Source: Candidatus Poribacteria bacterium
GTDB lineage: Bacteria; Poribacteria; WGA-4E; PCPOR2b
Reading direction: 5' to 3'
Assembly: GCA_965218095.1 (NCBI GenBank)
Contig: OZ244587.1
Span: 4,352,001-4,416,000, forward strand
Length of the DNA stretch: 64,000 nt
Shown: one piece after another, positions 10,490 through 19,595 of the stretch
How the letters are laid out: every line of letters begins with the position of its first letter
How positions within the stretch are numbered: the stretch's first letter is position 1
Position numbers and translations under genes: made by a program
The notes under the pieces: model-generated
The model's database searches: none
Told to the model about the DNA's origin: nothing
Seen by the model: the letters and a program-made list of their open reading frames with translations, nothing else

Positions 10490-10682
10490 GTGCTGTTAGG
10501 GCCGAAATGTCTATAAATAGCGGTCTTCCGTTACATTGTCTAGCTCCGTAGGAGCGAAATGTAACCTCATTCACGCCAATCCATGGGCGTCCATTACACA
10601 TAATCACATGTCGCTCCGATGGAGCTATGGATATGTGATTAATGCCGAATCGTGCTATAAACATGTCGCGCCTGGCGGCGCT
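10490..10682. repeat. Non-autonomous four-REP element (REPIN-like) of the GCTCCGTAGGAGC family
   Basis: Same architecture as the flanks of the Y1 transposase at 15597-16229: REP+GAAATGT(C/T)TATA, REP, inverted REP, then CTATAAACAT+REP. Confidence 0.75.
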
Positions 10683-11024
10683 AAAGCTACGAGGTTGTTG
10701 GTCAACAGCAGGTTCTATTCGCAGAAACATACCCTTATCAGCTCTGTGTCTCCCCCAAGATTGGGGGGAGATTCAGAGGGGGGCTGGAGAGCACCAAGTC
10801 ACCAGGGAAAAACTTCTGCCGCGATGTACTACGTTGACTGTTCACTTGTTCTGCCCCAACACCTAATACTGGATTAGGATTTAAATTTCTCATTCCGACC
10901 TCCCCCCAACCCCTCCTTCGCAAGGCGGTTCTTCTCCTTAAGAAGGGGAAGTTAGAGGGGTTTATTTGATGGGAAATCAAAAACCTAAATCGGTATAAGT
11001 CCGTCGTAATGCTTTGGCGGGCAG

Positions 11025-13553
11025 CTATCGCATGTCAACGCGCTGCAAACTCGCGTCGTCAAAGAGCGCGAAGTCTCCCGCTGACTGATCAAACACACTT
11101 AAAAGCATGACTGCCCGCTCCACGCCATCGGGGACGCGGAAAAAGACCACAAGCCGCTGCCAATCGAGCGAAGCGAAGAGCTCAATCTCATCGGGGTCCT
11201 TGGTTTCGCCGGTAGGCAGTTGATCGACCTTCGGCGAGATCTTGTTGAGCCAGCTCCCTTGCGCATCCTGCCACTGGACCCGAAGCTGGACTTTCGCGCC
11301 CCCTATTACACTCGCCTTCACAAATACCGATGCCATATAAAGTTCGCCCGATTTCACATCTACCGACTGCTGGAAGGAGGCCCCTCCCTCTACGCCTGTC
11401 ATCTTCACAGCCGCTGCGCCTGTACGGGGTCCTTTGTTAGTCCAGGTCAGCGTCGCTTTTGTGCCAGGGCGAATCCAATGGCCCCAACCGGGTGGGTCCT
11501 TGCTGCTGTCCCATTCCGGTCCCTCCGGCGGCGTACCTTTTTCGACGACGTCCTCTAAGCTCGGATTCTGAAGCCGCTCCACCGCTGTCTCCGAATGATG
11601 GCGCATCCTGCGCAGCACGCTCACTGCGACGACCACATCGTCATCAGGGAATGCCCTTTCTAACTCGTTCAGCACCTGCTCCACGCTTTGGCGCCCTCCA
11701 CTGCGCTCACCCCACTCTGCTATCTCCAATAGCACCCGTGATAATCCTCCGCCTGGCTCCCACCGCGCCCGTCTCGTGAACGAAATCACCGGCTTGTGCA
11801 GTGGATTCGTCATGATGACTTCGCGGTAGTAGCAGTCTAGTTCCCGTCGTGCCTCCGCAAACTGGCGCACCAGGGGCGGCGCCTCCTCAAACTGTGACTG
11901 ATTTTGCACGCGAAAGCTGGTCAGTTGCTTATCGACATAGTGGAGCGTTGCGTAAAGTTTGGTGTAGCGAAAACCCTCGGCGTAAAGCTTCACTCTCCGT
12001 TTAATCAACTCGTCCTCGGCGGTCCCCATTGCCTCGTTCAGGTAGCGTCGCGCTTGCACACAGACATCAGGAGGGAACAGTTCCAACTGCATCGGGTCGA
12101 AGAAGTAGCGGAACCACTCTCCCTTTCCTTTCTGTCCCATCCACTGTCCCTCACACAACTCGAAGTAGGCGCGCATAGGCGCAGCGGCTTTCCCGAAGAA
12201 GTTTGTATAGAAGTCGAGGAGCAAAGCCTCCAGGTCCCCATCCGTATCCCACAAGAGTTGGCTTGCGGCCCAAGCCTTTGGCCCATCCAGGCTCCAGTTC
12301 GAGTAAATCTCGGCGTAGAACCCTCGCACGCCTGCGCCCTTGCAAAACTTCAGGCTCTCAGCGGAAAGGCGTGTGAAGATGCGCGGGATGACATAGCCAG
12401 AGCCGTAGTAGTAGTCGTAGATGCCGATGATCGGCACCGCCTGCGTCCAGCGGCGAATGAGCTCTTGGTCAAGCCGCTTAAAGTCGGGGTCGCGCCATTG
12501 AGCGCGGTCGTTGGTCAGGTAGGGGATGATGTGAGGGTGGACGGGGAATGACGGGGTATTCTCACACCAAGAGTAAGCAAGACAGCCGATGAATTTGTCG
12601 GGATGCGTCTTGACCAGTTCCTCGGCGGCGCGATTGAGAAACGTGAAGACCAGGTCGGAGTAGTCGGGGCGTCCCCTGAACGCCCTCCCGTGCGCCACCC
12701 ACGATTGGCAGTCGTCACACTCGCAATAGCCGCGACTGTCGTTGACCCCCAGAGAAAAACTGACCGCCTTCGGATTCCCCTCAAAGTGGCGAGCCGCAAC
12801 CTGCCCCGCATACTTCGCTGCTTCGAGGTTGCTCATACATGGCTGCCAACCGTGCTCATCTGTTCCCTGTGGCTTGTAGCGCGCTCCGTCACGTAGTGGA
12901 AACCATTCGGGATGCGCCTCGAACAGGTCAGGCGTGAAGACGTGCAGCAGGTTGTGATGGAAGTTGAACCGCTCCCACATCAGGTTGCGTTTCTCCCAAA
13001 CACCGTCATCAAAGGGAGCCGCGGAACTCCACTGCCGCGAGAGAAAGTCTGGCTGCTCAACATCATTGATTTGCGGCGTTGTAAATTCCACCCGCCTGGG
13101 CACATGCTCACCAAGTTCCGTCGGAATATACCATCGCACGCCGCCATACTTCTGAAGGAAGCGATAGACCGCGAACTCCGTGCCGTGTAACTCTCGTCCG
13201 CAAAGCACTAAGCGGTTATCCACCACCTTGATGACGAACCCGTCTATGTCTATCGCTTCCAGATTCAGCCCCAAACCTTTCACGAACTTCGTCCGCCCGA
13301 TGTGTACCTCACCCCCCCCATCTCCCTCAGAACCTTCCGCCACAATTGACAGCTTGATGCCCGTCATCTTCCCAAGGTAGGTCTGAAGCTCGTGTGCAGC
13401 ACGACTTTCTTCCGTCTCGGACGGATAAGGGAGGACGATGCGGGCAACGGGCTCCCCATCTTTGACCAGGGGCAGCACATCTGCTGCGGGTGTCCCTTGC
13501 GTTGGCACCAATACGCTGACGACGGTCAGCGGCAACATGATAAAGCTTTGCAT
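11025..13553 (-). CDS. DUF4838 domain-containing secreted protein with a C-terminal carbohydrate-binding-like module
   Basis: Typical AAHELQTYL-KMTG, GTEFAVYRFL..GGVRWY, QPCMSN, FSLGVND..GYCECDDC, GCLAY and LLWD. The C-terminal NPSLED...GW...FDDASL is CBM4/9-like. Start placed at Met 13553 because the upstream ORF extension crosses a MITE. Confidence 0.8.
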   Translation of the reverse strand: MQSFIMLPLTVVSVLVPTQGTPAADVLPLVKDGEPVARIVLPYPSETEESRAAHELQTYLGKMTGIKLSIVAEGSEGDGGGEVHIGRTKFVKGLGLNLEAIDIDGFVIKVVDNRLVLCGRELHGTEFAVYRFLQKYGGVRWYIPTELGEHVPRRVEFTTPQINDVEQPDFLSRQWSSAAPFDDGVWEKRNLMWERFNFHHNLLHVFTPDLFEAHPEWFPLRDGARYKPQGTDEHGWQPCMSNLEAAKYAGQVAARHFEGNPKAVSFSLGVNDSRGYCECDDCQSWVAHGRAFRGRPDYSDLVFTFLNRAAEELVKTHPDKFIGCLAYSWCENTPSFPVHPHIIPYLTNDRAQWRDPDFKRLDQELIRRWTQAVPIIGIYDYYYGSGYVIPRIFTRLSAESLKFCKGAGVRGFYAEIYSNWSLDGPKAWAASQLLWDTDGDLEALLLDFYTNFFGKAAAPMRAYFELCEGQWMGQKGKGEWFRYFFDPMQLELFPPDVCVQARRYLNEAMGTAEDELIKRRVKLYAEGFRYTKLYATLHYVDKQLTSFRVQNQSQFEEAPPLVRQFAEARRELDCYYREVIMTNPLHKPVISFTRRARWEPGGGLSRVLLEIAEWGERSGGRQSVEQVLNELERAFPDDDVVVAVSVLRRMRHHSETAVERLQNPSLEDVVEKGTPPEGPEWDSSKDPPGWGHWIRPGTKATLTWTNKGPRTGAAAVKMTGVEGGASFQQSVDVKSGELYMASVFVKASVIGGAKVQLRVQWQDAQGSWLNKISPKVDQLPTGETKDPDEIELFASLDWQRLVVFFRVPDGVERAVMLLSVFDQSAGDFALFDDASLQRVDMR

Positions 13554-13585
13554 AACCAAGATCCTTAATCGCTTTTGAAGTAATT

Positions 13586-13683
13586 TGACTTTGTTACATT
13601 CGCCCCCCGGCCCCCAATTCTGAGGGCCGGGGGGCAAGCCAGCAGTGGATCTGTCGATGATCTCTTTTAATCTAACAAAGTCA
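13586..13683. mobile_element. MITE, TIR family TGACTTTGTT, copy 1
   Basis: TGACTTTGTTA...TAACAAAGTCA with an imperfect 8-bp TSD (AAGTAATT/AGGTAACT). An inverted homologue lies at 37158-37376. Confidence 0.8.
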
Positions 13684-13757
13684 AGGTAACTTGACAATGT
13701 TATACCGTTTCTGAATAAAAATGCAGCATTGGAGTGGAAAGAAGGTGCCTGCAAAGG

Positions 13758-14042
13758 CTATGCTCCTCGCTTGTCCCCAAAGTCCACTCGATTGGCTTTC
13801 AGTAACATGTTGATATACTTCCTAACCTCTCCGGTGTTCACTCCGACCTTGTAGACGCTAATGCCCGTTTTCTCGTAGGCATCCACAAGCACATCAAATT
13901 TCGTTTCGAGCGCATCAAGAATCTCATCTTGAGTTGACAGCACCACTGTTTCTGCGGACGTGGATTGGGCGGGGGCGGACAGCAACGTTGCCGACGAGCA
14001 ATAGATATACTCAACCGTTTCATCGCTTGGATTCATCAGCAA
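13758..14042 (-). CDS. Hypothetical protein
   Basis: 94-aa ORF with GAGGAG upstream and no recognisable motif. Confidence 0.35.
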   Translation of the reverse strand: MLMNPSDETVEYIYCSSATLLSAPAQSTSAETVVLSTQDEILDALETKFDVLVDAYEKTGISVYKVGVNTGEVRKYINMLLKANRVDFGDKRGA

Positions 14043-14084
14043 ATGGAGCTCCTCGGGTTCTAACTATAGTGCACAACCGGGCGG

Positions 14085-14312
14085 TTAAGGTTGGTTTGGA
14101 TTCGCTGTAGTTTCTGAATGCTCCCGTGTCCACTGAGCCTGGGGCTGGTAGCCACAACAGCCAAGAACGGGCAGACGCGGATACTTGGCGAAATTGGGAT
14201 TGGATGTTGATAGAAGGCAGAGATAAAAGCGGCTTTGGTTGGCATTTTGGATGACTTTGGCGTGTTCACAAGTCTGACACAACCCGATTTCTACAGGACT
14301 TTTAGCTTTCAT
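14085..14312 (-). CDS. Small Cys-rich conserved hypothetical protein (possible metal-binding)
   Basis: GLCQTCEHA...FYLC...FAKYPRLPVLGCCGY, with ATG at 14312, 8 bp from the IS5 end. Confidence 0.6.
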   Translation of the reverse strand: MKAKSPVEIGLCQTCEHAKVIQNANQSRFYLCLLSTSNPNFAKYPRLPVLGCCGYQPQAQWTREHSETTANPNQP

Positions 14313-14320
14313 AGCACCTA

Positions 14321-15140
14321 GGTTCTGTTGACATTTGAGTATAAGGTTGTGGCATAATAGAAGAATGACGCCAATAACCTTACCTGATGAACAATGGAAT
14401 AAGATATACCGGTTTCTTCTTAGCTGTCCCACCATCTATGTTGGCGACGAAGCTGCTCCACGCCGCTTCGTCGAAGCCGTCCTGTGGGTGACTCGTAGCG
14501 GCGCTCAATGGAGACTTCTACCAGACACCTATGGCAAATGGAACACCCGCTACAAGCGGTTTGCTCGATGGTGCGACAAAGGTATCTTCACACAGATGCC
14601 CCCCCACTTTGCCTCTGACCCCGATATCGAGTCGCTTATTGTGGACAGTACAATCTGCCGCGCTCACCCGTCTGCGGCGGGCGCCTTAAAAAAAAGGGTG
14701 GCACTGAAAACCAAGCATTAGGTTGGTCTCGGGGCGGTTTCAGTACAAAAATTCACATCACAGTTGACGGACTAGGCAATCCGCTAAGAATTCATCTGAC
14801 ACCCGGTCAGAGACATGACATAACTGAGGCGGAAGGGTTGATAATCGGATATAACAGTGAATATGTGATTGGAGACAAGGGGTACGATTCGGACGCTTTT
14901 ATCGCCGTTATTGAGGCGAATGGAGCGATTGCGGTGATACCGCCCAAAAGTCATCGTGTTGACCAAAGAACGTATGACAAACACTTATACAAAGAGAGAC
15001 ATCGGGTTGAATGTTTCATCAACAAGATAAAATGGTATCGTCGTATCTTCTCTCGGTTCGAGAAGTTAGCTGTCCGTTATTTTGGATTTCTCAGCTTTGT
15101 CGCCACTCTTATATGGCTCCCTTGAAATGTCAACAGAACC
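14321..15140 (+). mobile_element. IS5-family element, complete copy 2; transposase needs a -1 frameshift
   Basis: Perfect 16-bp TIR GGTTCTGTTGACATTT and TA duplication. OrfA 14365-14721 (SGAQWRLLP..YGKWNT) joins through an A8G run at ~14688-14696 to an open -1 frame (ALGWSRGGFSTKIH...GDKGYDSD...) ending at 15125. Confidence 0.95.
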
Positions 15141-15596
15141 TAATCTCTTTTAAAGCAACTAAAATCAGAGGTGTTCCGAAGCAGGAGCTTCGGAACGAGC
15201 AAATGTTAAGTTTCAGGCGAGAGCCAAGTAGTACGAGATAATTATTTTGATAAATCTGGGAGCAGGGTGTTGGGGGATTGGGCTGTTGGCAGGCTGAGTC
15301 AGTGGCTGGTGACAGTCAAAGCAAATCGCTGCCAACTTGCTTTGACTGCTACTGCGACTTTGCCAGCGGAGGTCTCCCATTACCCCATCACCGTTGTTGA
15401 GAGAGTTCACCGTTTTTCGTGACATCTGACAATAATCAAATTAAATTTGTCCAAGCACTTATATGCTTGCATCCCGATCCATCAGGGTCTCCCGACTTAT
15501 GATTCGATTGGTGCACGCCGTGCGCCTACTTTGCTCCCGCTAGGCAGAGGGGCGGCCCTCCGCATCAGATCTGAATTCCACTGGGAGAGAATTTTT

Positions 15597-16229
15597 GCTC
15601 CGTTAGGAGCATGATGTTTATAGCATACGAGAAACAATCAACCCCATAGCTCCGTAGGAGCGGAATGACTATGGCAAATACAGCTTATGAATCCTCTACC
15701 CAATCAAAGACATATCTCGCATCGTATTCCACATCAAAGCGTTCTAGGTTCGAGATATTCTTCGCGAAAGGGTTTGATTGAATGATGCTGTTCCTGATTG
15801 CGAATATAATTAACAACCATATTGAGTTGCGAATGAGAATAGGAAAACGCTCCAAATCCTTCCTGCCAATTGAATCTTCCCCGAATCCACCGCTTTTCAT
15901 TGATGAACCTTGAAGAATTCGCCTTGATGTCTCTGACCACATCGGATAATGCAATAGTCGGCGTCATTCCGACGAGGATGTGGGCGTGATCGGGCATGCT
16001 GTTTATGGCAATCAGTTTCTGTTTATTGTTTCGGAGGGTACCCGTGATATATTTGTGGAGCTCCTCCTTATGTGCCTTTGGAATAAGGCTTTGTCTGCCT
16101 TGCACCGCGAAAACAATGTGGATATAGATTTGGATGTAGGTATTGGCCATTATTGCCTCCATTTCGCTCCTAACGGAACTATGTGATATTAGGGTTTGGG
16201 TGTCTATAAACATTACGCTCCTATGGAGC
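15597..16229 (-). mobile_element. Y1 (IS200-like/REP-associated) transposase unit bounded by inverted REP doublets
   Basis: GCTCCGTTAGGAGC (15597) and GCTCCGTAGGAGC (15649) on the left. GCTCCTAACGGAAC (16166) and GCTCCTATGGAGC (16217) on the right. Confidence 0.8.
15685..16150 (-). pseudogene. tnpA: IS200/IS605-family Y1 HUH transposase TnpA with a 2-bp deletion near the C-terminus
   Basis: IHIVFAV, MPDHAHILV (HUH), WQEGFGAFS and YIRNQEQHH (catalytic Y). FREEYLE continues as LERFDVEYDARYVFDW in another frame at ~15749. Confidence 0.85.
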
Positions 16230-16268
16230 TTCAACCCTCGTGTGAGTAGCTTGCCTGTACAATATACT

Positions 16269-16359
16269 GGCTCATGTTAAGACTTCGTGCAAAGGCAAAA
16301 TTCACACCAATGATTTCACGGCTTCTCTAACACTTTTGCACTTTCTTTTGACATGAGCC
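16269..16359. mobile_element. 91-bp MITE, probably IS1595-family derived
   Basis: TIR GGCTCATGT(T/C)AA with a perfect 8-bp AT-rich TSD AATATACT. GGC ends plus an 8-bp TSD are typical of IS1595. Confidence 0.75.
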
Positions 16360-16474
16360 AATATACTTTATCATAGGAACGGTTGAATCGCTTATCTAAA
16401 ATTCAGGATTGACTCATGTTTTCTTGGTTTGATGGGTATGGGGCTGCCCCACATGCACCAAGCTAACATGCCTC

Positions 16475-16580
16475 ACCCCGTAGGGGTGGTATGTTTATAG
16501 AACCCACGCCAACCGTTAGCCCTAGCTCCGTAGGAGCGGCATGTTTTGCGAACTGGCCCACATGTCGCCCCGATGGGGCT
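16475..16580. repeat. Three-REP element of the GCTCCGTAGGAGC family
   Basis: ACCCCGTAGGGGT+GGTATGTTTATAG, GCTCCGTAGGAGC and the inverted CATGTC-GCCCCGATGGGGC. Confidence 0.7.
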
Positions 16581-16770
16581 AATGCTTCTCCTCGTAGACA
16601 GCTTCAAATGCCGCCATCTGCTCCGGCGGTACCCAGAAGGACAAGCGTGTCAACGTTGGCACGGTGCGTGGCTTCTCCTCCGCAGCACTGTGGGCGGGAA
16701 CGGCGTCCTGAGCGGTCACGGTAAAGTGTCCCACCATGGTCAATAAGAGAATCAGGCTGACGTATTTCAT
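16579..16770 (-). pseudogene. N-terminal remnant of a secreted protein, ending at the REP element
   Basis: Signal peptide then RLSFWVPPEQMAAFEAVYEEK. The stop codon coincides with the REP boundary. Confidence 0.45.
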
Positions 16771-16893
16771 CGGATGCCTTCCTTCGTCTGTGGATTGGAG
16801 AATAATGGACGGACTGCTGCCGCGAAGATCAGTATTACGGATTTTCTGAGTCTCTGTTATGGTCCCAAACGTGCTGGCGGAATGTTATACCAA

Positions 16894-17025
16894 CAGACTT
16901 ACGCAATTGAATCGGCTGATTATCCCCCAACCTCCTGTGCCTCTTGTATCTTGTATCGGATTCAGGATTCAAGATGCAGGATGCGGTCAAATCGCAGGTT
17001 CTGCACATCGGCTGCGTAAGTCCTG
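16894..17025. mobile_element. MITE, TIR family YAGGACTTACGCA, copy 2
   Basis: CAGACTTACGCA...TGCGTAAGTCCTG with a 5-bp TSD ACCAA. Confidence 0.85.
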
Positions 17026-17189
17026 ACCAAATTCGACAGGAGATCTATGAAAAACTTGGGATCATGTCAAAGGTAAGTGCATCCACCGATTATAATGGTT
17101 GCCACGACGCGCCCCCCATACAGATCAAGTTAAGCGAAAAATTGTGAATTTGCTTAAGTCGTTGAATGAGGCTAGAGGAGGCGAGAAAT

Positions 17190-17607
17190 TATTTATCTCT
17201 GTTCGGTTTGAGTAATCATTGAGAAGAATTATTCTCCATTGTGACGAGTTTGCCGATGACGTTGTTGTATAGTTGGAAAAGTTCACCACCAACTTCCTTC
17301 GTAATGTATTCACACTCAACAGCACTTTCTATCCAAGACTGTGTTTCTCTCGCCTCACTTTCAGCCATGTTCAGTTTATTGATAAAGTCAGCGCGGTAGA
17401 GCGTTCTCCTCCACGCTTCAACAATGTGAGCACAGGCAAATCGTGACGCTCGGCGGATCCCGAAGATCGGGACTGTACATTTCCTCTTTTGGAAAACGAC
17501 GACTCAGCTTAAAAATCCGCTGCCTCTCTTCCCTCGCGAGTTGAGCGAAGCGAAATACCGATCTATCGGGGTTTATACGCATCAAGCTCTCAATAGTTTT
17601 CTGCCAT
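17190..17607 (-). pseudogene. Four-helix-bundle protein (23S rRNA intervening-sequence protein family), disrupted
   Basis: Not in the ORF track. Manual translation gives ELDAYK|LAREERQRIFKLSRRFPKEEMYS..IRRASRFACAHIVEAWRR..ADFINKLNMAESEARETQSWIE.AVECEYI. GGAGG RBS. Broken by TGA stops and two short palindromic insertions. Confidence 0.8.
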
Positions 17608-17685
17608 TCTCAATCCTCCCTTCTACTCACTTCCTCCCCCCACGCCCCCATGCTACCTCTGAGCAGAGGTCTCATGGTCACTTCG

Positions 17686-18900
17686 TCATCAAAGGCAACC
17701 GGCCCGTATCGGTGGTCGCTCAGGCGCTTTGTAGGCCACACTCAGGTGCGGCGTTTCCACTCGCACCCGTCCTCGAATTCGAGACTCCATGAGCGCGTCC
17801 AGCACCCCGGTCACGAGCAGAGTGCGCTCGACTGGGTACTGAGGTTCGCCGGTCAGGAACATCTCCTGTATGTTAAGCGCCTGGTTGCCGAACAGCTGAT
17901 GGGGAACAGGTCAATGTCGAACCTCGTGCTCACGACCTGACCGCCCACACAGGCGGCGTACCCCCAACCACGCAGATGCCCCGGAAGCAGCAGGGTTGCG
18001 GCGCGGAGTCCGTCGGTGTATTCGAGTAGAAAGACCGCCGGGGTCTCGCAGTTATCCTCCATGCGCCCCGGCCCCTTGGCCTCGACGAGTGCCTCGGCCG
18101 CCTCAGCAAGCTCCCCTGGCCACACGCCCACGTCTCTCGCCTCCCAAACGGCGTCGCCCTCCAGGCATCACACCGCTGCGATGCCTGTCTCGCCTCTGCT
18201 GCGGCGCTCGACCATGCACTGGAGAACTTCGAGCCCGTGGAACCCGTACGAGTCGAGTCCGTTGACGTACAAGTTGAAGTAGCCGATAGACAGTGCTTCT
18301 TCGTTTGAGTGCCATCGTGCTCCAAGTGTGGGGTGGTGCCCACGACCGGTAGCGCTGAGCCGGCCATAGGCGGCACGCCAAGCTCCTGAGCACGCTTGTA
18401 CATCCACATGGCGTCCGTCCAGTTATAGGCAAGATACTTGTCGGTGAAGACGGGCACGGATCGTCCAGAAACGGCCATGATTCCGCAGACCTGCTCGAAG
18501 AAATAGCGGCGCGGATACATCTGCCGGTGCCGCTCGTTCCCGGCGTAATCCCCGTGCTCCGCGATGATGAGCACGCCGTCAACAGCCAATTCCCCCACCT
18601 GCCAATCCGGCGCGGTCGGCCAATAACCGGCACTTGGAGGCGTCAACGTCAATGCAGCCCGGATACTCGGAATGCAGCCTAGATACTCGGATAGACCTCG
18701 ATGCTATGCCCCCGCGCCAGCTCAAGCCCAATGTCACTCGAATGCACCTGGTCCATGTACATCGACACGACGTCCACCTTCGGCTCGATCAGGCTGTCTT
18801 CGGCAGGAAACCCCCTGACGAACTTGGACACAATCAGATCGGCGTGCGAGCTGGAAAAGTAGGTCGTAACAATGGCCGCGATCTTCTTACGCTCTGTCAT
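17686..18900 (-). pseudogene. Conserved hypothetical Rossmann-type (Gfo/Idh/MocA-like) protein, multiply frameshifted
   Basis: Fragments in different frames: KKIAAIVTTYFSSSHADLIV, LAVDGVLIIAEHGDY...YPRRYFF...VPVFTDK, DSYGFHGLEVLQCMVERR.GETG, LEYTDGLRAA and PVERTLLVTG. Confidence 0.65.
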
Positions 18901-19076
18901 GGCAACTTATTCCTCCCGTTTCTTCTCAACTCGTACTGCTGGCACTTCACATCCGCGTACAATTCGAGGAATCGCTCCACCATGCTCCGTGCCAGATTCG
19001 CCGGAATGCGATCCTCCAGCAGGCAGTAGTCGTAGATCGCCAGGTGATCAATCGCGGCTTTGAGATCATTATTCAT
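18897..19076 (-). pseudogene. Phytanoyl-CoA dioxygenase (PhyH)-like N-terminal remnant
   Basis: AAIDHLAIYDYCLLEDRIP resembles the PhyH N-terminus (L...GYC.LE..IP). AAGGAG RBS. The rest of the gene is missing. Confidence 0.4.
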
Positions 19077-19400
19077 CGGTCTCTCCTTTCCGTGGGACTT
19101 CGTTCCCGCCCCGCTTAACCTTCCCACGGTGGGAGCGGGAACTCCTCATATTCGTGGGAGAGATGTGGGTAATAGAGGGAGGGGCGGACAGTTACTCCAA
19201 AAAGCAGGCGGTAACGGTCTACGACGCCTTGAACTGAAGTTCAGGTCTCTAGCAAAGCGAGATTCCGTGAAGCGGAGCTCAAAGCTGAAGTCCACTCAAG
19301 TGGACTGGGATCCATTGATAGTCGTCTTGAGACGACTTAAGCTATTAGTCCGGATCTTGAGATCGGGGGAAAAATGCCCGCTTACCCCAAGGTGTCCGCC

Positions 19401-19584
19401 CCCTTCCCCCCAAAGTTGGCTGACAGGGGTAGATTTTTAGACCCGTAGGGTCGAAATGTTTATAGGGAGCTCGTATCTATAAACATTTCGCTCCTAACAG
19501 AGCAACAACGATGGGACTCAAAAGATGGTCCCATTCGTAGAAAACCTACCCCTATCAACCCAGAGTTGGGGGATTGAGGGGGGC
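19401..19584. repeat. Nested repeat: C/G hairpin repeat > TIR element > REP doublet
   Basis: GGCTGACAGGGGTAGATTTT / AAAACCTACCCCTATCAACC (19418-19560) flanked by CAAAGTT/CAGAGTT. It encloses GACCCGTAGGGTC-GAAATGTTTATAG...CTATAAACATTTC-GCTCCTAACAGAGC. Confidence 0.65.
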
Positions 19585-19595
19585 GGGGTAGCTAT

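Noticed and set aside
13554-13754. N-terminal extension of the 909-aa ORF
   Set aside because: It reads through a MITE (13586-13683). The signal-peptide-like start is at or after 13553.
10490-19503. CRISPR array suggested by recurring GCTCCGTAGGAGC hairpins
   Set aside because: The repeats are in inverted doublets, irregularly spaced and dispersed, with no cas genes. They are REP-like.
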